This document shows positions 32,960 through 43,491 of a stretch of DNA of 64,000 bases, one piece after another; the stretch's first letter is position 1, and the number at the start of each line of letters is the position of its first letter. The notes under the pieces are model-generated. The model was given only the letters and a program-made list of their open reading frames with translations, did no database searches and had not been told where the DNA came from. Position numbers and translations under genes: made by a program. The stretch is from Chloropicon primus (taxonomy: Eukaryota): contig CP060770.1 in the NCBI GenBank assembly GCA_023205875.1, positions 186,001 through 250,000 on the forward strand, written 5' to 3'.

Positions 32960-33100
32960 CGGATGGATGGATGGATGGATGGAGGAGTGATGGATGAATG
33001 ACGATGACGGATTGCTTTTCTTCTCCTTCTTCTTGTCTCTGCCTTTCTTTCTTTGACTCTCTCTCTCTCTCTCTCTCTCTCTGAGATTGGAGTTGTTGTG
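32960..33100 (-). repeat. Dispersed ~110-bp intergenic module, copy 2
   Basis: Reverse complement of 20198-20310; same orientation relative to the downstream gene (OGDH). Confidence 0.9.
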
Positions 33101-33196
33101 GGAGAGAGACAGAGAGAGAGAGACAGAGAGAGAGAGACAGAGAGAGAGAGGGGCTTTGCTCTTTCTTTCGTTCAAAGGTAAGTTAAAGTTATACTG

Positions 33197-35452
33197 CTAC
33201 AATGATGAATGAATAGTGTGTGTGTGTGTCTTCCTCAGGAAAGCGTGGGCGTGGTTCAGGATTCGGAACCTGTCGTCCCTCGCGTTCTTCGCACCCCTGG
33301 CTCTCTTTTGTGCCTCCACGGGGAGGTTGCTGTAGGCCTCCACGAGCTTGTAGCGCAGTGCGATGTCAATCTTCTCGACGCCTTCCATCTTTGACAGGCA
33401 GAAGATGATCTTGGAGAGCGACGGGCCGCCGAATTGAGCCTTGTCCGACTTGTCGTAGCTCTTCATGAACACCTCCAAGGACTGGCTCAGGAGGTCGCTG
33501 CTGATGGGGAGTCCAAGCTCAGACACCGCCGAGATGGCTTGCGCGATCTCGTTCACTTTGGGCGGCGGAGCTTTCGACGGATTGCAAATCAGAAACTTGT
33601 AGAGGTCGTGCATGCACCGAAAGGTCTCCTCGTCAAAGACTTCACCGAGGTTTCCTCTGGTTCGAAGTTTTCTCAGGTTGCTCAAGCTGTTGCTCAGGAC
33701 CTGAGAGTTGCAGTTGCCGTTGCAGTTGCCCGCGAGCTCCGTCAGCTTCATCACGACTTTTTTCAGGTGCTCCGGGTTCACAGCCCGAAGGTGCGGAATT
33801 ACCAGGCCTTGGAGGGCCTGTGAAATATGGATGGGATCCACCGCGACCTTGTCACTGTCCATCACGTGGACGAACTCTCCCAGCAAGTTCGTCAGGCAGT
33901 CAGAGGAGTGCAGGTAACTCTTGTTGCTGTTGCTGTTGACCTTCTGAAGCGACCACATGAGCCCTCCGATGTGCCAACTGTTAACCTCGGAGTCGTCCTC
34001 AAAGTAACGGTCCATGATCGCCCGGATCTCTTCGCTCGAAAGTTCCAGCTTGTGTTTTGCGACCCCAACCATCAATTGAGAGATATTTCGCTTCTTCGCC
34101 GTCGGCAAGGTCTCCAAGAAGCGGGCGAGGACGTCTCGCACCACATCTCTCGGGATGTTCTTTGGCTTCAGCCTGGCGAGGCTGCCCAAGACATTGCCAG
34201 TCTCCTTTGGCCCCGCCGAGCTGAGCTTGGAGTGAAACAATCGCACAAGGTCTTGCAGCAGGGGTTCCATCTTGCCCCTGTCGATGAATTGCATGTACCT
34301 GCTGGCGCACAGGAACACAGCGGCCTGCTTGGCCTCCACGGCATCTTCGCAGCTCAGGAAGTTCTCCACAACCTCTTCCAGGAGCTCACCGAGTCCATGG
34401 TGCCACGCCGCCCTCGGCTGGTTCGCGTGACCAATCGTGTTCAGCTTGTGAATGTTGTCCACGACGACGACCCAGTGCGACGGGTCCACGGCCCCCGCGG
34501 GGCAATCTGCAGTCTCCCTCAGCATTGCCCGCAAGAGCTTCTCCGCAACTTCGATGCCCAACCTCTTCGCAGGCAGTTTTGTCACGGCGAACCAAACCTG
34601 GCTGTACTGCTTGAGCATGTTCGCGAAGCTTTCCCTGTCCCTGTGAGGTGGGAACTCGTTGCAAGCTGCCACAAACTTGTCGATGGCCTTCCCGATCACT
34701 CTGCCCTTGATCTTGCTCTGCAACCCGTCGACCTTGAGGGACCACAAGGAGTTGGCCAGGTCCCTCCTGCTCCTGAAACTCAGTGGGCGCTCGACCAGCT
34801 CCACCATCAGGGCCTCGAACTGCGCCGAGGATCTCTCCTCCATCGAGGACCTCGAGGCCACCATGAGCCTCCGTATGTTCTTGAGCTCCTCCGTCTGGTC
34901 GATCCTCAGGTACGCGCCCACGAGCCGCCGCCCCAAGCTCGAAGGAATTCTCACCCCAAAGTCGTTGAAGGCCTCGAGCGTGTCCTCGATGTCAGACATC
35001 TCAAAGCTCGAGGCTTCCTCCTCCACGTAACGGAGCAGAGTGCCCAATGCCCTCCCCTTGACGCTAGAAGGCGTCGTCCCGGTCAGCCCGTTCCTTCCCA
35101 AAAAGCTCATCTGGCTCGCAATCGCCTTGAAGTCACCCCGGTCCAGCGGCTCGCCCTCGGACAGGACCGCGGTCCACAAGCTCCGCTCGTCCGTGCACTT
35201 CATGATCTCGTCGCTCCTCTTGTTGTACGTCGTCGTGGCGGCGAGCTCGCACTTGGTCCGGATGGTGCTGGAGGAGAGAGAGGCCAGCCGCCCTTTCACA
35301 TCCAAAGCGCCGCTCCACGACGACGGCGACGACGACGACGGGACGCTGGGGGACGTCAAACCTCGAAAGAGCAGGCCAGGCCACGATAACACACCTCGTT
35401 GTCGAATCATCGTCACCATCCTCGCCATCGTCCACGTTGTCCTCCTCCTCAT
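33197..35452 (-). CDS. Organelle-targeted alpha-helical repeat protein (OPR/HPR/FASTK-like)
   Basis: 751-aa ORF with Arg/Ser-rich N-terminus and degenerate repeats RDLANSLWSL, KETGNVLGSLARL, WHIGGLMWSLQKV, SQVLSNSLSNL, NEIAQAISAVSELG. Confidence 0.6.
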   Translation of the reverse strand: MRRRTTWTMARMVTMIRQRGVLSWPGLLFRGLTSPSVPSSSSPSSWSGALDVKGRLASLSSSTIRTKCELAATTTYNKRSDEIMKCTDERSLWTAVLSEGEPLDRGDFKAIASQMSFLGRNGLTGTTPSSVKGRALGTLLRYVEEEASSFEMSDIEDTLEAFNDFGVRIPSSLGRRLVGAYLRIDQTEELKNIRRLMVASRSSMEERSSAQFEALMVELVERPLSFRSRRDLANSLWSLKVDGLQSKIKGRVIGKAIDKFVAACNEFPPHRDRESFANMLKQYSQVWFAVTKLPAKRLGIEVAEKLLRAMLRETADCPAGAVDPSHWVVVVDNIHKLNTIGHANQPRAAWHHGLGELLEEVVENFLSCEDAVEAKQAAVFLCASRYMQFIDRGKMEPLLQDLVRLFHSKLSSAGPKETGNVLGSLARLKPKNIPRDVVRDVLARFLETLPTAKKRNISQLMVGVAKHKLELSSEEIRAIMDRYFEDDSEVNSWHIGGLMWSLQKVNSNSNKSYLHSSDCLTNLLGEFVHVMDSDKVAVDPIHISQALQGLVIPHLRAVNPEHLKKVVMKLTELAGNCNGNCNSQVLSNSLSNLRKLRTRGNLGEVFDEETFRCMHDLYKFLICNPSKAPPPKVNEIAQAISAVSELGLPISSDLLSQSLEVFMKSYDKSDKAQFGGPSLSKIIFCLSKMEGVEKIDIALRYKLVEAYSNLPVEAQKRARGAKNARDDRFRILNHAHAFLRKTHTHTIHSSL

Positions 35453-35715
35453 GTGGTGGCCATCCTATATCCAACCTCCTCGTTTGCTGTGGCCCGACAC
35501 GGGGGGTCGATGGTCAGAGAGCACCGCCAGGGAGAACGAGTCGAGTGATGGCGGGCACCGAACGAGAGTTCGCAATCAATCGCTCACGACTCGTGGTTGG
35601 CCTTCGCCCTCAAGTCCTCCTCCCCTGGCGACGGGTATGCAAATCCAATCCACTGTGTGCCCTCGTCCCTCCTCGAGAAAACCACTGTTGCGACGACCTC
35701 CCGATCACTCCGGCC

Positions 35716-36100
35716 ACCAAAACGGTCAAGTAAGGTATCAATGGAAAGATCTCAAGACGATCTACCGTGTTATGAACCTCTCCGTCGTTCCAAACAAACC
35801 ACTCGTCGTCCTGTGAGCAATCAATGATGATCAACCCTGCAAAACTCTGCAACTCTGATGTGGCTCTATTTCAGCCAGAAAATCTAGAAAAAGATTTCCC
35901 ATTAATAATGTTGGTTTCCCCATTAATTATTTTTTCATTGGAAAAATTTTGACAAGCCAGAGAGAAGGGGAAGCGGTGCGGTGCGGTGCGAAACCATCGC
36001 AAGTGAGGGACGATAACGAGCACTGGAGGGGACTAAGGTGGTATCAATCGAAAGGTCTTCTCACGGGCTTTCCATTGATACCTTACTTGACCGATTTCGT
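35716..36100. promoter_or_regulatory. Divergent promoter (helical-repeat gene/ING) bracketed by inward-facing 52-bp elements sharing a perfect 26-bp inverted match
   Basis: cggtcaagtaaggtatcaatggaaag (35723-35748) vs ctttccattgataccttacttgaccg (36068-36093); AT-rich centre ~35880-35950. Confidence 0.8.
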
Positions 36101-36185
36101 GATCGACAAGTTGGAGGGATCGAAGGAAGAGGAGTGAAAAGTTGAGTTGTTTCCAAGTTTTTGTTTTGTTTTGTTTTTGATTGAG

Positions 36186-37043
36186 ATGGCGTCGGTGAAG
36201 GAAGAAGCGAAGGGCTCTGGCAAGCCGCTTTATACGACTCCGCAGCTGGACATCTTCATCAAGGAGGTGGACACGCTGAAGACGAGTTTGGCGACGAACT
36301 TGAAGAGGATTCGGGAGATTGATGAGGAGGCGCAAGCCAGGAAGGACGTCCTCGTGAGGAAGGCGAGGACCTTGCTCATGGAAGTGAGGAAAGGTCGAGG
36401 AGCTTCGGCATCCGCGTCAGGGGAAGAGACAACTACGACTGCTGCGACTGGTGGGCCTCCTGGCGCGATGAGTCCAGGGTCCGTGAAGAAGCAGGAGGAG
36501 ATAGCGCGGGAGTTCCAGGACTTGATCGAGCGGTCTGAGGACAAGGTGCACTTCGCGAGTCAGACGTACGACCTCGTGGACTTGCACACTTGCAGGCTCG
36601 ACAAGGCGTTGAGGTCGATGGAGGAGGAGCTGAGAAGTCAGAGGCGGATGGCAAGCATGTACGATCCAAAGTACGCGCTTCCCGAGGACCAGCAAGCTGG
36701 GGTGTTGGCGAGGGGGGGTAGGGGGAGAGGGAACAACAAGCAAAAGCAAGCGAAGAGGGGAGCGGAGAGGAAGCTCAAGGGGTCTGCGCAGGGCATCGGA
36801 CAGCAGGCGCTTGGTGCTGCCGCGGGGGGCGCTCAGCCGTACGTGATGGACATGAAAGTCGACCCGAGCGAACCGACGTATTGCTACTGCAACAGAGTCA
36901 GTTTCGGGAACATGGTCGGCTGCGATAACGACGACTGCCCTTGGGAATGGTTCCACATCGCTTGCGTGGGAATCCTGCCCGAGAACATGCCAAAGGGGAA
37001 ATGGTACTGCCCGGAGTGCAGGAAAAGCATGAAGAGGTGGTGA
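36186..37043 (+). CDS. ING: ING-family PHD finger protein
   Basis: N-terminal coiled coil (LKRIREID..EDKVHFASQTYDLVD..RLD); PHD EPTYCYCNRVSFGNMVGCDNDDCPWEWFHIACVG..KGKWYCPEC. Confidence 0.93.
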   Translation: MASVKEEAKGSGKPLYTTPQLDIFIKEVDTLKTSLATNLKRIREIDEEAQARKDVLVRKARTLLMEVRKGRGASASASGEETTTTAATGGPPGAMSPGSVKKQEEIAREFQDLIERSEDKVHFASQTYDLVDLHTCRLDKALRSMEEELRSQRRMASMYDPKYALPEDQQAGVLARGGRGRGNNKQKQAKRGAERKLKGSAQGIGQQALGAAAGGAQPYVMDMKVDPSEPTYCYCNRVSFGNMVGCDNDDCPWEWFHIACVGILPENMPKGKWYCPECRKSMKRW

Positions 37044-37210
37044 TGACGATTGAGGAGGAATACTACCTACCCAAGATTATCCCTGGTGGCCTAAGAAGAA
37101 CACAGACTAAATTTAAAATAAACCCTAACTCTTTTACATGAATGGCTGTGTCGTTTTCAGCCGACTCTTTTGGAGGGCCCCCCACTCGCGTCCCCATTCG
37201 CGTTCCCCGA

Positions 37211-37969
37211 CTAGTAGTAGTTCTTCTCTCCGTCGTCGCCATCGTCGCCGTAGCCGTCATCTTCGGACCCGTCGCCATAAAGGTCGGCGTACTCGTCATC
37301 AGAGTAGTCCTCCTCCTCGGCATCTTGTACCAGCTCCTCCTCCTCGTCCCTTCCAAACTTGTCAGGCGAGGAGGGTCCCGCGCCAAGCCCCGAGACTGAC
37401 GACTCCCTCTTCCTCAAGGTGCGGTCTCCTCCCGCGTCGGCCTCCTCCTTGACGCGAACCAAGCCAGGCTCACGCTCGGTCTCGTGGTCAGCATCGTCCT
37501 CCGCTTTGACCACGCCCCTATTCATCTCGAACCTCTCCTCCTCCTCCTCCGCCTTCGCAAGCTTCGCGTTGAACGTGTCGAACAAGGAGGTCGAACTGCC
37601 GACCTTCCTGGACTCAGCAGAGACCCTCGAGATCTCTCTCGTCTTCGCCTTGGAGCTCCCCGTAAAGAGCTCCTTCGGGTAGTGCTCCTCGTTCACCGTC
37701 GTGATCTTCATGAACTCCGCCTTCTTCACCGCGAGCCTGTCTGGGTCCTTCACATCCTCCCAACTCAAGTAGTAAGGCGACTTGGACCACTTCTGCTTGA
37801 GAGCCGTGTCCCTCAAGTACAACTTCCTGTTCCTCAACGTCTGCGGCGGTGGCGGTGGAAGATCCGCGTAGGGCCTCCACCTCTCCTCCTCCATATCCTC
37901 CTGGCTAGCTGTTTCCTGCGCATCACGACCGCTGTCACTCGCACCGTTCACGAAGTCCCCTTCTGACAT
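37211..37969 (-). CDS. Probable RNA polymerase III subunit RPC7/Rpc31-like
   Basis: Pro-rich segment, KWSKSPYYL, YPKEL and a long acidic C-terminus with Tyr residues. Confidence 0.55.
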   Translation of the reverse strand: MSEGDFVNGASDSGRDAQETASQEDMEEERWRPYADLPPPPPQTLRNRKLYLRDTALKQKWSKSPYYLSWEDVKDPDRLAVKKAEFMKITTVNEEHYPKELFTGSSKAKTREISRVSAESRKVGSSTSLFDTFNAKLAKAEEEEERFEMNRGVVKAEDDADHETEREPGLVRVKEEADAGGDRTLRKRESSVSGLGAGPSSPDKFGRDEEEELVQDAEEEDYSDDEYADLYGDGSEDDGYGDDGDDGEKNYY

Positions 37970-38041
37970 CTCTCCCTCCTCCTCCTCAACAACAACTCGA
38001 GGCAAAAACGAGTTCGCGGCCGTTACCGGCAACTCCAGTTG

Positions 38042-38559
38042 TCAAAACCACTCGAGTGACGACTCTTTCGAAAGCTCTTGAGACGAACTTTCTGATGGAT
38101 CCCTCTTCTCTCACTCTCACAGTCGTTCTCGCCACCACCGTCCTCGTTGAGGTAGCCCAACTCGAATACTTTTTTTTTTCCTTCCCCTTCCGCTCTCCCA
38201 ATCAATGCTTCGACCACTCCAGTTGTCAAACCACCCGAGTGACGGCTCTTTCGAAAGGTCTTGAGACGAACTGTCGTTCAATTGAAACCCCTTCCGCTCT
38301 CTTCGCCCTCGACGTCGTCCAAACCCACGACAAAACAGCCCAGGCGACACTCCACTCGTCTCCTCTGGATCAGTTCGTTTTTGGCGCCGTCGAAGAAACA
38401 GAAACAAAAATCGATCGATCGATCGAGGCGGAGGAGGAGGAGGGGGCGAGTTCGCGACCGATCGCCGCTCGAGGGGTGGGAGAAAAGGGAACGATCACTT
38501 GCGCGATCGAATATACGTCTCGCGATCTTTGGATTCGTGGGTCGGTTGACCCCATTGGC
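38042..38559. promoter_or_regulatory. Divergent promoter RPC7-like/BIN4 with 52-bp elements (+ 38042, 38225; - 38508)
   Basis: actccagttgtcaaa..gagtgacg.ctctttcgaaag.tcttgagacgaact duplicated with a 183-bp period; inverse copy core at 38527. Confidence 0.75.
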
Positions 38560-38587
38560 TTGACGCTCGTCGAGGAGGAGGGAAGCC

Positions 38588-39877
38588 ATGCCAGCATCCT
38601 CCTTGTTGGGTTCGGATAGTTCCGACCCGAGTTGGATCAAAGACTACAAGGTAAGGACACTCGATCCTCTCCTGCATCATTGTCATTGCCACCATCTCTT
38701 TCTCTCTTTCTCTCGTTCTCTGTTGTTTGAGTGTTGGTCATCGTGTTCATCATCAACAACATCATCAACATCATCATCAACATCATCATGTTCATGTTCA
38801 TGTTCAAGTTCTTCTCGTCTCATGAGCGTGAACCATGCACCTGTCACGGATGGCTGTACTCTCTGCCTCTTCGCTACTCTCTTTCACGGTCTCTGTGATG
38901 GTGAGGAAGGCGGTCAGCATCAACATCAACATCAACTTTTGCTCCTGCTCCTGCTGATGTGCACCAATGCACCTGTCACGGATGGATGTTTCTGACTCGC
39001 TCTCCTCTGCTCCTTTTCTGCGTGATCCCTTTGTCTGAAACCACACCAGTCGCCCGAGAAGAAGAGGAAGGCGGATGACGAGGAGCCTCGAGGGAACGCC
39101 ACCACCGAGGTGACTTCTGGTCTGAAGAAGGCCAAGGTGGTCAGGCCGGTGGGCAAGATCGTGGAGAGTGACAGCAGCAGCGAGGACTCCGATGACCTCC
39201 CTCTTGCCGTGGTCACCCAAAAGGCCATGCGAGTTGAGGAGGCGGAGCCCGAGCGTGTCAAGACGAGGGATGATGGAGGGGATGGGGGTGGGCCCCGGGT
39301 GCTCTTCGACTTGACGGACGACACGCCAACAGCTACGCAGCAATCATGCGAGGAGGAGCCTCTGACTCAAACGCAGCAGACGGTGGACGAGACCGTCAAC
39401 ACTTGTGACACTGGGGGCGCGTCAAAGGGTGGCGGTGGCGGTGGTGTCAACAGCGAGTACGTCGTCACGATTCCCGAAAAGGGAGTCTCGAGAACCAGAG
39501 TCCTGGTGCAGTTCGACAAGAACTCGCAGTCGAAGCTCGACCTGAGTGGAGACGTCGGGGCGGTGGGGAGGTTTCTGGTCACCAAAGGGGGCAAGAGGCT
39601 GGACTTTGGTGTCGGAAAGGCTTACGACGCTGCGAAGCATGGCAAGCAGTCTTTGCTGGAGGACAACATAGAAATTAGGATGGACCTCAAGGGGCAAATG
39701 TACAACTGCACGGTGGTGCCCACGTGCACTACGATGATCCTCAAAGTTGATAAGGGGAAGGATGCCAAGGTCGAGTCCATGGCCACGGACGTGCTTCGGC
39801 TGGACCAGGACGTGTACACTCAAGAAGGGAGACACCACGACAGCTCCGCGGGCGCCGTCGCTGCGAAGGGAAAGTAG
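38588..39877 (+). CDS. BIN4: BIN4 (topoisomerase VI accessory subunit); intron 38651-39049
   Basis: Exon 1 SDPSWIKDYK; C-terminal RTRVLVQ..LDLSGDVGAVGR..MDLKGQMY..VVPT..AKVESMATD. Confidence 0.82.
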
Positions 39878-40019
39878 GCGGGCGGCGACGGACTTTCCCT
39901 CCTTTCCATCATGTACAGTAACAGCAATAAGCAAGCTCGTAATTGTATCCTACTCGCAATGATAAGTTGATATCTATCACACACATACAAACAAACCCCC
40001 CGAGGTTAGAATAGTATTC

Positions 40020-40907
40020 TCAATGCAAAGACACCGTGGCCACTTTGCTCATGTATTCCATGAGCGTTTTCCTGACAAACTTTCCGATGGCCTTGCAGCC
40101 CTCGGAGCTGATGTCCACGGTCTCCTCCAAATCCTCTGGCGTCATCTTCGAGTCGCACATCACGCTGACAACGTCCTGGTGGTGGTGCCTCTCACCGCTG
40201 ACTGTGACGGCCAAGCTGAGCTCCATGTGCTTGTTTATCTCCGTGCTGTTGGGATCGAGGAGAAACTTTTGGCCCTCTCCCGCCCCTTGGGCTTGAAGCA
40301 TCCTCGCCTCTCTCAGCGTTTTCCCGATCGGCTGGGCCGTGCAGCCGCAGGAAACCACAAAGTTGCCGCAGGCCAAATTCGCCATACCCACCGCGCACGT
40401 CACCGCATTCACGCAGCAGGACTTGACGCCCCCGTCCGCGGTGAGCACCACAACCTTAATCTGAACCTCCGACGTGCTTCCCATCGCCGAGAAGGACGAG
40501 CTCGACTTCGTCCTCGTCGTCGTCGACGACGAAGAGTTCAGCATCGTTTGAACGGTGCACCTCAAGGCGTTCTCCAAGTCCACGATAAATCGGTCCGTTC
40601 GACCCCGCTCCCTCCTCTCCTGCATCGCGAAGGGAGCCCACGACACTCTGAGCTCCACCACCGGGGCCGAACCCCCCCCTCCCCCCCCTCTGTTCCCCGT
40701 CACGCCGCTTCTCTTCAGCTTGCTCGTGCTCATGGGCACCACGTTGCACGACGCCAGGACCTTGGTCCTCCCCATCATGAACATAGCCGACCCGTCCGCG
40801 CCCTTGACGACATCCAGGTCGCACGTCAGACGCCTCAGCTCGTTCCACTTCCTCCCGTCCTGCCTCAAGTCTCCTCCCAGGACACCTCCCACGCTCCCGG
40901 ACGCCAT
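40020..40907 (-). CDS. RRP41: Exosome RNase PH-like subunit RRP41
   Basis: LRQDGRKWNELR..ADGSAMFMMGRTKVLA..APFA..VLTADGG..VNAVTCA..LLDP. Confidence 0.8.
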   Translation of the reverse strand: MASGSVGGVLGGDLRQDGRKWNELRRLTCDLDVVKGADGSAMFMMGRTKVLASCNVVPMSTSKLKRSGVTGNRGGGGGGSAPVVELRVSWAPFAMQERRERGRTDRFIVDLENALRCTVQTMLNSSSSTTTRTKSSSSFSAMGSTSEVQIKVVVLTADGGVKSCCVNAVTCAVGMANLACGNFVVSCGCTAQPIGKTLREARMLQAQGAGEGQKFLLDPNSTEINKHMELSLAVTVSGERHHHQDVVSVMCDSKMTPEDLEETVDISSEGCKAIGKFVRKTLMEYMSKVATVSLH

Positions 40908-40939
40908 GCTGATCCAACGCCTCAGCGCCTCACCAGGCC

Positions 40940-41435
40940 TCCGTTCCTCTCGTACGACAGCTCTTTCGAAAGATCTGGAAACGCTCTTTCTTGTGATCCC
41001 TTCGCCTTCCCCTTTTCTTCTCCCTTTCGTCCGCCTCGCCTCCACTGAAGGGACGGAGACACCTGCAAGAGGGGTCCAAGAATCCCGTTTACCCAAAGGC
41101 CAACCACGTCTAATGGACGCCAAACGAGTCGATCAAGGTATCGTTGGAAAGATCTCGAGACAATCTTTCTCGTGGCCCCTCACTTGCGTCCTGAAACCCT
41201 CCCTTTCGTCCACCTCGCCTCCTTCAAGTCGTGACGTCGAGTCCTGTGGTTTCCTGTCCTTCCGCCGACAGCTGACTGGACACAAACGAACAGACACGAG
41301 GCGCTCGCTCGGCTGAAGAGGTGAGTTTCAACGCGACATGGAGGACGGAGGAGGAAGATGGAGGACCGAAGGAGCACACCGATGGAACCGTTACGTTCCC
41401 CTCTTTCCATCGATGTCTCGCACGAAAAGAGAGGC
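40940..41435. promoter_or_regulatory. Divergent promoter RRP41/ALDH6 with 52-bp elements (+ 40940, 41119; - 41384)
   Basis: Cores at 40966, 41145 and 41403. Confidence 0.75.
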
Positions 41436-41567
41436 GGCCTCTTGCGGATGGGACGACTGAAAAGGTTTCGTTTTCTTTTTTTTTTCTGAATGGAATGGAA
41501 TGGGAACGAACCATGGGGCAGAGAGAGAGAGACAGAAGCAGACGAGTTCAATCCACCGCGAGCAACC

Positions 41568-43422
41568 ATGTTGAGAGCCCTTCACGTCTTGAAGCGCTCG
41601 TCTTCGCCATCCCTTTCCATCGGCTTGAGACAACTCTCCAGTTCAAGCGATGCCGCAGCTGTAAGTGTCGAGGCGCTTCCTCTTCTCATCATCATCAACT
41701 TGTTCTTCATCTTCTTCATCTTCATCCGTCATCAACTTCATCATCAACTCCATCATCATCAAGAACAACAAGATGGACGAGGACCAGCCTTGCTCCAAGG
41801 ATTGTGGAGAGGTGTTTGTGAATGCAAGCTTCTCGTTGCTGACTTTGTGCTTGTCCACCTCCTTGTTCATCATCAATCAGGACTCTTTGGGCGTGACGAG
41901 CGTGCCGAGTGTGAAGATGCTGATCGATGGAAAGTTCGTGGAGAGTAAGGCGAAGGAGTTCGTGCCACTGACGAATCCAGCGACTCAGGAGGTGATTGGT
42001 CATGTGCCCTTGTGCACGCCGGAGGAGTTCGAGCAGGCCGTGCAGTCCTCGAAGGAGGCTTTCAAGACCTGGGGGAACACTCCCGTGCAGACCAGGGCCA
42101 GGGTGATGCTGAAGTTCCAGGAGCTGATTCGCGAGAACTTCGAGGAGCTTGCCGTCAACGTGTCCGTGGAACAGGGAAAGACCTTGGCGGACGCCAGGGG
42201 AGACGTTTTCAGGGGACTGGAGGTCGTCGAGTTTGCCTGCAGCATGCCTTCCCTTTCCATGGGAGAGCTCATGGAGAACGTCTCCAGCGGAATCGAGACG
42301 TACTCCATCAGGAAGCCGCTGGGCGTCGTCGCTGGAATCTGCCCCTTCAACTTCCCGGCGATGGTCCCTCTTTGGATGTATCCCATGGCTTGCACCGTCG
42401 GAAACACGATGGTGCTCAAGCCTAGTGAGCAGGACCCCGGTGCTTCTCTCATGCTCGCGGAGCTCGCTCTTGAGGCAGGCCTCCCAAAGGGCGTCCTGAA
42501 CATTGTTCACGGGCAGCACGACATCGTGAACGCCATCTGCGACCACCAGGACATCAAGGCCATCAGTTTCGTTGGCGGAGACGGCGCCGGAAAGCACGTG
42601 TACGCCAGAGGAACTGCCGCGGGCAAGAGAGTCCAGAGCAACATGGGTGCCAAGAACCACGCGGTCGTGCTCCCGGATGCCCAGGTGGAGGCCACCGTCG
42701 CGGCGTTGGCCGGCGCCTTTGCCGGAGCTGCCGGACAGAGGTGCATGGCTATCTCCGCCGCCGTTTTCGTTGGGGATGCTTACGACATGTTCGTCGATAA
42801 GATCACCGAGAAGGCAAAGGGCTTGAAGGTTTCCGGAGGACTGGAGCCAGACTGTGACGTTGGCCCCATGATCAGCCCAAAGGCGTTGGAGAGGGCCGAG
42901 GGCTTGATCCAGGCGGGCATTGACGAGGGCGCGAACTGCATTCTTGACGGAAGAGGGTACAAGCCAGAGGGCTACGAGAACGGAAACTTCTTGGCCCCCA
43001 CGGTCTTGAAGGATGTTACCCCGGACATGACTTGCTACAAGGAGGAGATCTTCGGGCCCGTCCTTTGCGCCTTGAAGGCGGACTCTTTGGAGGACGCCAT
43101 CGCTCTTATCAACGCGAACCCTTACGGCAACGGCACGTCCTTGTTCACCTCGAACGGAGCCGCTGCGAGAAAGTTCCAGAACGAGATCGACGTCGGACAG
43201 GTCGGTATCAACGTCCCTATCCCAGTCCCACTTCCAATGTTCTCCTTCACAGGGTCTAGGGGATCCTTCAGGGGTGACCTCAACTTTTACGGCAAAGCAG
43301 GCATGCAGTTCTACACCCAGTGGAGGACCATCACAGCCAGGTGGCCCGAGGTCGACATCCCAAAGTCCGCGAGAGCCGCTGGCTTGGATGGCGTTGGAGC
43401 TTCCGCCCCTGGGCAGGACTAA
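41568..43422 (+). CDS. ALDH6: Methylmalonate-semialdehyde dehydrogenase (ALDH6), mitochondrial; intron 41661-41880
   Basis: [68 protein letters not shown]. Confidence 0.95.
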
Positions 43423-43491
43423 ATCCACGCGACTACAGATCTTAAAAGCTAAGTTATTATTACACACCGGTCTTTTTTGTTGCATTGTTTT

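Noticed and set aside
40020..41123. N-terminal extensions of track ORFs (RRP41 to 41123, ORC5 to 28915, TDP1 to 62433, TRRAP from 48048)
   Set aside because: They begin at non-ATG codons and run through promoter elements or introns; downstream ATGs or spliced first exons fit better
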